A DNA stretch of 64,000 nucleotides from Eledone cirrhosa (Eukaryota). Shown here piece after piece: positions 54,601-64,000 of the stretch (position 1 is the first letter of the stretch; the number at the start of each line of letters is the position of its first letter). The notes below the pieces were generated by a model. That model worked only from the letters and a program-made list of their open reading frames with translations. It made no database searches and was not told the DNA's origin. Location of the stretch: contig OZ024742.1 of the NCBI GenBank assembly GCA_964016885.1, positions 373,798,001 through 373,862,000 on the forward strand, in the 5' to 3' direction. Both the position numbers and the translations under genes were made by a program.

Positions 54601-57600
54601 ATCACATGTCCCCACTATAGCCAAGAAATCTCATGTCTCCACTATAGCCAAGAAATCACATGTCCCCACTATAGCCAAGAAATCACATGTCTCCACTATA
54701 GCCAAGAAATCACATATCCCCACTATAGCCAAGAAATCACATATCTCCACTATAGCCAAGAAATCACATGTCCCCACTATAGCCAAGAAATCACATGTCC
54801 CCACTATAGCCGAGAAATCACATATCTCCACTATAGCCAAGAAATCACATGTGCCCACTATAGCCAAGAAATCACATATCTCCACTATAGCCAAGAAATC
54901 ACATGTTCCCACTATAGCCAATAAATCACATGAGTCCACTATAGCCAAGAAATCACATGTCTCCACTATAGCCAAGAAATCACATGTCCCCACTATAGCC
55001 AAGAAATCACATGTCCACACTATAGCCAAGAAATCACATGTCTCCACTATAGCCAAGAAATCACATATCTCCACTATAGCCAAGAAATCACAGGTCTCCA
55101 CTATAGCCAAGACCTCACATGTCCCCACTATAGCCAAGAAATCACATGTCTCCACTATAGCCAAGAAATCACATATCCCCTGTATAGCCAAGAAATCACA
55201 TATCTCCACTGTAGCCAAGAAATCACATGTCCCCACTATAGCCAAGAAATCACATATCTCCACTATAGCCAAGAAATCACATGTCCCCACTATAGCCAAG
55301 AAATCACATGTCTCCACTATAGCCAAGAAATCACAGGTCTCCAGTATAGCCAAGAAATCACATGTCCCCACTATAGCCAAGAGATCACATATCTCCACTA
55401 TAGCCAAGAAATCACATATCTCCACTATAGCCAAGAAATCACATGTCCCCACTATAGCCAAGAAATCTCATGTCTCCACTATAGCCAAGAAATCACATGT
55501 CCCCACTATAGCCAAGAAATCACATGTCTCCACTATAGCCAAGAAATCACATGTCCCCACTATAGCCAAGAAATCACATATCTCCACTATAGCCAAGAAA
55601 TCACATGTCCCCACTATAGCCAAGAAATCACATGTCCCCACTATAGCCGAGAAATCACATATCTCGACTATAGCCAAGAAATCACATGTCCCCACTATAG
55701 CCAAGAAATCACATGTCTCCACTATAGCCAAGAAATCACATATCTCCACTATAGCCAATAAATCACATGTCTCCACTATAGCCAAGAAATCACATATCTC
55801 CACTATAGCCACGAAATCACATGTCCCCACTATAGGCAAGACATCACATGTCCCCACTATAGCCAATAAATCACATGTCCCCACTATAGCTAAGAAATCA
55901 CATGTCTCCACTATAGCCAAGAAATCACATGTCCCCACTATAGCCAAGAAATCACATGTCCCCACTATAGGCAAGACATCACATGTCCCCACTATAGCCA
56001 ATAAATCACATGTCCCCACTATAGCTAAGAAATCACATGTCTCCACTATAGCCAAGAAATCACATGTCCCCACTATATCCAAGAAATCACATATCTCCAC
56101 TATAGCCAAGAAATCACATGTCCCCACTATAGCCAAGAAATCACATGTCTATACTATAGCCAAGAAATCCAATGTCCCCACTATAGCCAAGAAATCTCAT
56201 GTCTCCACTATAGCCAAGAAATCACATGTCCCCACTATAGCCAAGAAATCACATGTCCCTACTATAGCCAAGAAATCACATGTCCCCACTATAGCCAAGA
56301 AATCTCATGTCTCCACTATAGCCAAGAAGTCACATGTCCCCACTATAGCCAAGAAATCACATGTCTCCACTATAGCCAAGAAATCACATATCCCCACTAT
56401 AGCCAAGAAATCACATATCTCCACTATAGCCAAGAAATCACATGTCCCCACTATAGCCAAGAAATCACATGTCCCCACTATAGCCGAGAAATCACATATC
56501 TCCACTATAGCCAAGAAATCACATGTGCCCACTATAGCCAAGAAATCACATATCTCCACTATAGCCAAGAAATCACATGTTCCCACTATAGCCAATAAAT
56601 CACATGAGTCCACTATAGCCAAGAAATCACATGTCTCCACTATAGCCAAGAAATCACATGTCCCCACTATAGCCAAGAAATCACATGTCCACACTATAGC
56701 CAAGAAATCACATGTCTCCACTATAGACAAGAAATCACATATCTCCACTATAGCCAAGAAATCACATGTCCCCACTATAGCCAAGAAATCACAGGTCTCC
56801 ACTATAGCCAAGACCTCACATGTCCCCACTATAGCCAAGAAATCACATGTCTCCACTATAGCCAAGAAATCACATATCCCCTGTATAGCCAAGAAATCAC
56901 ATATCTCCACTGTAGCCAAGAAATCACATGTCCCCACTATAGCCAAGAAATCACATATCTCCACTATAGCCAAGAAATCACATGTCCCCACTATAGCCAA
57001 GAAATCACATGTCTCCACTATAGCCAAGAAATCACAGGTCTCCAGTATAGCCAAGAAATCACATGTCCCCACTATAGCCAAGAGATCACATATCTCCACT
57101 ATAGCCAAGAAATCACATGTCTCCACTATAGCCAAGAAATAACATATCTCCACTATAGCCAAGAAATCACATGTCCCCACTATAGCCAAGAAATCTCATG
57201 TCTCCACTATAGCCAAGAAATCACATGTCCCCACTATAGCCAAGAAATCACATGTCTCCACTATAGCCAAGAAATCACATATCCCCACTATAGCCAAGAA
57301 ATCACATATCTCCACTATAGCCAAGAAATCACATGTCCCCACTATAGCCAAGAAATCACATGTCCCCACTATAGCCGAGAAATCACATATCTCGACTATA
57401 GCCAAGAAATCACATGTCCCCACTATAGCCAAGAAATCACATGTCTCCACTATAGCCAAGAAATCACATATCTCCACTATAGCCAATAAATCACATGTCT
57501 CCACTATAGCCAAGAAATCACATATCTCCACTATAGCCACGAAATCACATGTCCCCACTATAGGCAAGACATCACATGTCCCCACTATAGCCAATAAATC

Positions 57601-60600
57601 ACATGTCCCCACTATAGCTAAGAAATCACATGTCTCCACTATAGCCAAGAAATCACATGTCCCCACTATATCCAAGAAATCACATATCTCCACTGTAGAC
57701 AAGAAATCACATGTCCCCACTATAGCCAAGAAATCACATGTCTATACTATAGCCAAGAAATCCCATGTCCCCACTATAGCCAAGAAATCTCATGTCTCCA
57801 CTATAGCCAAGAAATCACATGTCCCCACTATAGCCAAGAAATCACATGTCCCCACTATAGCCAAGAAATCACATATCTCCACTATAGCCAAGAAATCACA
57901 TATCTCCACTATAGCCAAGAAATCACATGTCCCCACTATAGCCAAGAAATCACATGTCCCCACTATAGCCAAGAAATCACATGTCTCCACTATAGCCAAG
58001 AAATCACATGTCCCCATTATAGCCAAGAAATCACATGTCCCCACTATAGCCAAGAAATCACATGTTTCCACTATAGCCAAGAAATCACATGTCTCTACTG
58101 TAGCCAAGAAATCACATGTCTCCACTATAGCCAAGAAATCACATGTCTCCACTATAGCCAAGAAATCACATGTCCCCACTATAGCCAAGAAATCACATGT
58201 CCCCACTATAGCCAAGAAATCACATGTCCCCACTATAGCCAAGAAATCTCATGTCTCCACTATAGCCAAGAAATCACATGTCCACACTATAGCCAAGAAA
58301 TCACATGTCTCCAGTATAGCCAAGAAATCTCATATCCCCACTATAGCCAAGAAATCACATATCTCCACTATAGCCAAGAAATCACATGTCCCCACTATAG
58401 CCAAGAAATCACATGTTCCCACTATAGCCGAGAAATCACATATCTCCACTATAGCCAAGAAATCACATGTGCCCACTATAGCCAAGAAATCACATATCTC
58501 CACTATAGCCAAGAAATCACATGTTCCCACTATAGCCAATAAATCACATGAGTCCACTATAGCCAAGAAATCACATGTCTCCACTATAGCCAAGAAATCA
58601 CATGTCCCCACTATAGCCAAGAAATCACATGTCCACACTATAGCCAAGAAATCACATGTCTCCACTATAGCCAAGAAATCACATATCTCCACTATAGCCA
58701 AGAAATCACATGTCCCCACTATAGCCAAGAAATCACAGGTCTCCACTATAGCCAAGAAATCACATGTCCCCACTATAGCCAAGAAATCACATGTCTCCAC
58801 TATAGCCAAGAAATCACATATCCCCTGTATAGCCAAGAAATCACATATCTCCACTGTAGCCAAGAAATCACATGTCCCCACTATAGCCAAGAAATCACAT
58901 ATCTCCACTATAGCCAAGAAATCACATGTCCCCACTATAGCCAAGAAATCACATGTCTCCACTATAGCCAAGAAATCACAGGTCTCCACTATAGCCAATA
59001 AATCACATGTCCCCACTATAGCTAAGAAATCACATGTCTCCACTATAGCCAAGAAATCACATGTACCCACTATAGCCAAGAAATCACATATCTCCACTAT
59101 AGCCAAGATATCACATGTCCCCACTATAGCCAAGAAATCACATGGTCCCACTATAGCTAAGAAATCACATGTCTCCACTATAGCCAAGAAATCACATGTC
59201 CCCACTATATCCAAGAAATCACATATCTCCACTATAGCCAATAAATCACATGTCTCCACTATAGCCAAGAAATTACATATCTCCACTATAGCCAAGAAAT
59301 CACATGTCCCCACTATAGGCAAGACATCACATGTCCCCACTATAGCCAATAAATCACATGTCCCCACTATAGCTAAGAAATCACATGTCTCCACTATAGC
59401 CAAGAAATCACATGTCCCCACTATATCCAAGAAATCACATATCTCCACTATAGCCAAGAAATCACATGTCCCCACTATAGCCAAGAAATCACATGTCTAT
59501 ACTATAGCCAAGAAATCCAATGTCCCCACTATAGCCAAGAAATCTCATGTCTCCACTATAGCCAAGAAATCACATGTCCCCACTATAGCCGAGAAATCAC
59601 ATATCTCCACTATAGCCAAGAAATCACATGTGCCCACTATAGCCAAGAAATCACATATCTCCACTATAGCCAAGAAATCACATGTTCCCACTATAGCCAA
59701 TAAATCACATGAGTCCACTATAGCCAAGAAATCACATGTCTCCACTATAGCCAAGAAATCACATGTCCCCACTATAGCCAAGAAATCACATGTCCACACT
59801 ATAGCCAAGAAATCACATGTCTCCACTATAGCCAAGAAATCACATATCTCCACTATAGCCAAGAAATCACATGTCCCCACTATAGCCAAGAAATCACAGG
59901 TCTCCACTATAGCCAAGACATCACATGTCCCCACTATAGCCAAGAAATCACATGTCCCCACTATAGCCAAGAAATCTCATGTCTCCACTATAGCCAAGAA
60001 ATCACATGTCCCCACTATAGCCAAGAAATCACATGTCCCCACTATAGCCAAGAAATCACATATCTCCACTATATCCAAGAAATCACATATCTCCACTATA
60101 GCCAAGAAATCACATGTCCCAACTATAGCCAAGAAATCACATGTCCCCACTATAGACAAGAAATCACATGTCTCCACTATAGCCAAGAAATCACATATCT
60201 CCACTATAGCCAAGAAATCACATGTCCCCACTATAGCCAAGAAATCACATATCTCCACCATATCCAAGAAATCACATGTCCCCACTATAGCCAAGAAATC
60301 ACATGTCTCCACTATAGCCAAGAAATTACATATCCCCGCTATAGCCAAGAAATCACATGTCTCCACTATAGCCAAGAAATCACATGTCCCCACTATAGCC
60401 AAGAAATCACATATCTCCACGATAGCTAAGAAATCACATGTCCCCACTATAGCCAAGAATTCACATATCTCCACTATAGCCAACAAATCACATGTCCCCA
60501 CAATAGCCAAGAAATCACATGTCTCCACTATAGCCAAAAAATCACATGTCCCCATTATAGCCAAGAAATCACATATCTCCACTATAGCCAAGAAATCATA

Positions 60601-63600
60601 TGTCCACACTATAGCCAAGAAATCACATATCTCCACTATAGCCAAGAAATCACATGTCCCCTCTATAGCCAAGAAATCACATACCTCCACTATAGCCAAG
60701 AGATCACATATCCCCACTATAGCCAAGAAATCTCATGTCTCCACTATAGCCAAGAAATCACAGGTCCCCACTATAGCCAAGAAATCACATGTCTCCACTA
60801 TAGCCAAAAAATCACATGTCCCCATTATAGCCAAGAAATCACATATCTCCACTATAGCCAAGAAATCATATGTCCACACTATAGCCAAGAAATCACATAT
60901 CTCCACTATAGCCAAGAAATCACATGTCCCCTCTATAGCCAAGAAATCACATACCTCCACTATAGCCAAGAGATCACATATCCCCACTATAGCCAAGAAA
61001 TCTCATGTCTCCACTATAGCCAAGAAATCACAGGTCCCCACTATAGCCAAGAAATCACATGTCCCCACTATAGCCAAGAAATCACATGTCCACACTATAG
61101 CCAAGAAATCACATGTATCCACTATAGCCAAGAAATCACATATCTCCACTATAGACAAGAAATCACATGTCCCCACTATAGCCAATAAATCACATGTCCC
61201 CACTATAGCTAAGAAATCACATGTCTCCACTATAGCCAAGAAATCACATGTACCCACTATAGCCAAGAAATCACATATCTCCACTATAGCCAAGAAATCA
61301 CATGTCCCCACTATAGCCAAGAAATCACATGGTCCCACTATAGCTAAGAAATCACATGTCTCCACTATAGCCAAGAAATCACATGTCCCCACTATATCCA
61401 AGAAATCACATATCTCCACTATAGCCAAGAAATCACATGTCCCCACTATAGCCAAGAAATCACATATCTCCACTATAGCCAAGAAATCACATGTCCCCAC
61501 TATATCCAAGAAATCACATATCTCGACTATAGCCACGAAATCACATGTCCCCACTATAGCCAAGAAATCACATGTCTCCACTATAGCCAATAAATCACAT
61601 GTCTCCACTATAGCCAAGAAATCACATATCTCCACTATAGCCACGAAATCACATGTCCCCACTATAGGCAAGACATCACATGTCCCCACTATAGCCAATA
61701 AATCACATGTCCCCACTATAGCTAAGAAATCACATGTCTCCACTATAGCCAAGAAATCACATGTCCCCACTATATCCAAGAAATCACATATCTCCACTGT
61801 AGACAAGAAATCACATGTCCCCACTATAGCCAAGAAATCACATGTCTATACTATAGCCAAGAAATCCCATGTCCCCACTATAGCCAAGAAATCTCATGTC
61901 TCCACTATAGCCAAGAAATCACATGTCCCCACTATAGCCAAGAAATCACATGTCCCCACTATAGCCAAGAAATCACATATCTCCACTATAGCCAAGAAAT
62001 CACATATCTCCACTATAGCCAAGAAATCACATGTCCCCACTATAGCCAAGAAATCACATGTCCCCACTATAGCCAAGAAATCACATGTCTCCACTATAGC
62101 CAAGAAATCACATGTCCCCATTATAGCCAAGAAATCACATGTCCCCACTATAGCCAAGAAATCACATGTTTCCACTATAGCCAAGAAATCACATGTCTCT
62201 ACTGTAGCCAAGAAATCACATGTCTCCACTATAGCCAAGAAATCACATATCTCCACTATAGCCACGAAATCACATGTCCCCACTATAGGCAAGACATCAC
62301 ATGTCCCCACTATAGCCAATAAATCACATGTCCCCACTATAGCTAAGAAATCACATGTCTCCACTATAGCCAAGAAATCACATATCCCCACTATATCCAA
62401 GAAATCACATATCTCCACTGTAGACAAGAAATCACATGTCCCCACTATAGCCAAGAAATCACATGTCTATACTATAGCCAAGATATCCCATGTCCCCACT
62501 ATAGCCAAGAAATCTCATGTCTCCACTATAGCCAAGAAATCACATGTCCCCACTATAGCCAAGAAATCACATGTCCCCACTATAGCCAAGAAATCACATA
62601 TCTCCACTATAGCCAAGAAATCACATATCTCCACTATAGCCAAGAAATCACATGTCCCCACTATAGCCAAGAAATCACATGTCCCCACTATAGCCAAGAA
62701 ATCACATGTCTCCACTATAGCCAAGAAATCACATGTCCCCATTATAGCCAAGAAATCACATGTCCCCACTATAGCCAAGAAATCACATGTTTCCACTATA
62801 GCCAAGAAATCACATGTCTCTACTGTAGCCAAGAAATCACATGTCTCCACTATAGCCAAGAAATCACATGTCTCCACTATAGCCAAGAAATCACATGTCC
62901 CCACTATAGCCAAGAAATCACATGTCCCCACTATAGCCAAGAAATCACATGTCCCCACTATAGCCAAGAAATCTCATGTCTCCACTATAGCCAAGAAATC
63001 ACATGTCCACACTATAGCCAAGAAATCACATGTCTCCAGTATAGCCAAGAAATCACATATCCCCACTATAGCCAAGAAATCACATATCTCCACTATAGCC
63101 AAGAAATCACATGTCCCCACTATAGCCAAGAAATCACATGTTCCCACTATAGCCGAGAAATCACATATCTCCACTATAGCCAAGAAATCACATGTGCCCA
63201 CTATAGCCAAGAAATCACATATCTCCACTATAGCCAAGAAATCACATGTTCCCACTATAGCCAATAAATCACATGAGTCCACTATAGCCAAGAAATCACA
63301 TGTCTCCACTATAGCCAAGAAATCACATGTCCCCACTATAGCCAAGAAATCACATGTCCACACTATAGCCAAGAAATCACATGTCTCCACTATAGCCAAG
63401 AAATCACATATCTCCACTATAGCCAAGAAATCACATGTCCCCACTATAGCCAAGAAATCACAGGTCTCCACTATAGCCAAGAAATCACATGTCCTCACTA
63501 TAGCCAAGAAATCACATGTCTCCACTATAGCTAAGAAATCACATATCCCCTGTATAGCCAAGAAATCACATATCTCCACTGTAGCCAAGAAATCACATGT

Positions 63601-64000
63601 CCCCACTATAGCCAAGAAATCACATATCTCCACTATAGCCAAGAAATCACATGTCCCCACTATAGCCAAGAAATCACATGTCTCCACTATAGCCAAGAAA
63701 TCACAGGTCTCCACTATAGCCAAGAAATCACATGTCTCCACTATAGCCAAGAAATCACATGTCTCCACTATAGCCAAGAAATCACAGGTCTCCACTATAG
63801 CCAAGAAATCACATGTCTCCACTATAGCCAAGAAATCACATGTGCCCACTATAGCCAAGAAATCACATATCTCCACTGTAGCCAAGAAATCACATGTCCC
63901 CACTATAGCCAAGAAATCACATGTCTCCACTATAGCCAAGAAATCACATGTACCCACTATAGCCAAGAAATCACATATCTCCACTATAGCCAATAAATCA
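33700..64000. repeat. Large duplication: about 33.7-44.1 kb repeated at about 53.6-64.0 kb (offset 19,926 = 738 units)
   Basis: Offsets 34705/54631, 36379/56305, 38404/58330, 40051/59977 and 43048/62974. Shared AAATAAC stop (37216/57142) and GAATTC (40531/60457). Confidence 0.93.
41870..56360. repeat. Tandem duplication with 7,290-bp period (270 units)
   Basis: Seven consecutive ORF-track blocks with matching translations are offset by 7290 (41968/49258 … 48178/55468). The private variant TCACCTGTCC occurs near 44290 and 51580. Confidence 0.93.

Larger units (their letters stand above)
2225..64000. repeat. 27-bp satellite array, about 2,288 units, one orientation, open at the right end
   Basis: Consensus GAAATCACATRTCYCCACTATAGCCAA, with three dominant types (GTCCCC, GTCTCC, ATCTCC) and many minor variants. 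No foreign insertion or inversion seen. Unit phase moves from 11 to 4 mod 27, matching six indels with net -7. Confidence 0.99.

Noticed and set aside
2213-63993. Dozens of ORFs (YSQEITCPH, IAKKSHVPT and CDFLAIVGT repeats) as CDS
   Set aside because: A 27-bp unit that is stop-free in three frames yields overlapping ORFs on both strands; ORF boundaries just track point variants.
706-64000. CRISPR array
   Set aside because: Units are head-to-tail with no unique spacers, and there are no cas genes.
2225-64000. Long-unit telomerase repeat
   Set aside because: The + strand is C/A-rich toward the open right end, opposite to telomere polarity, and variants are inherited in kb-scale blocks rather than templated afresh.
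2225-64000. G-quadruplex array on the minus strand
   Set aside because: At most one GGGG tract per 27 bp, with 23-nt loops, and it is absent from TCTCC units.

Overview
Non-coding, repeat-dominated eukaryotic DNA; I find no credible gene. About 700 bp of non-tandem flank holds two perfect inverted repeats, a decayed tRNA-Thr-like Pol III unit, SINE-like fragments (recalled from octopus/mollusc repeats, not verified) and (AT)13. A 50/52/56-bp minisatellite (706-2224) then abuts, with no spacer, a single-orientation 27-bp satellite (consensus GAAATCACATRTCYCCACTATAGCCAA, about 2,288 units) that runs off the right end. The long ORFs arise because the 27-mer is stop-free in three of six frames. 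Variant units reveal nested duplications with periods of 7, 10, 23, 82, 114, 182-183, 270, 468, 596 and 738 units. All six indels lie before 13.2 kb. One recombinant unit marks a duplication breakpoint. Part of the 52-mer resembles the reverse complement of the 27-mer.
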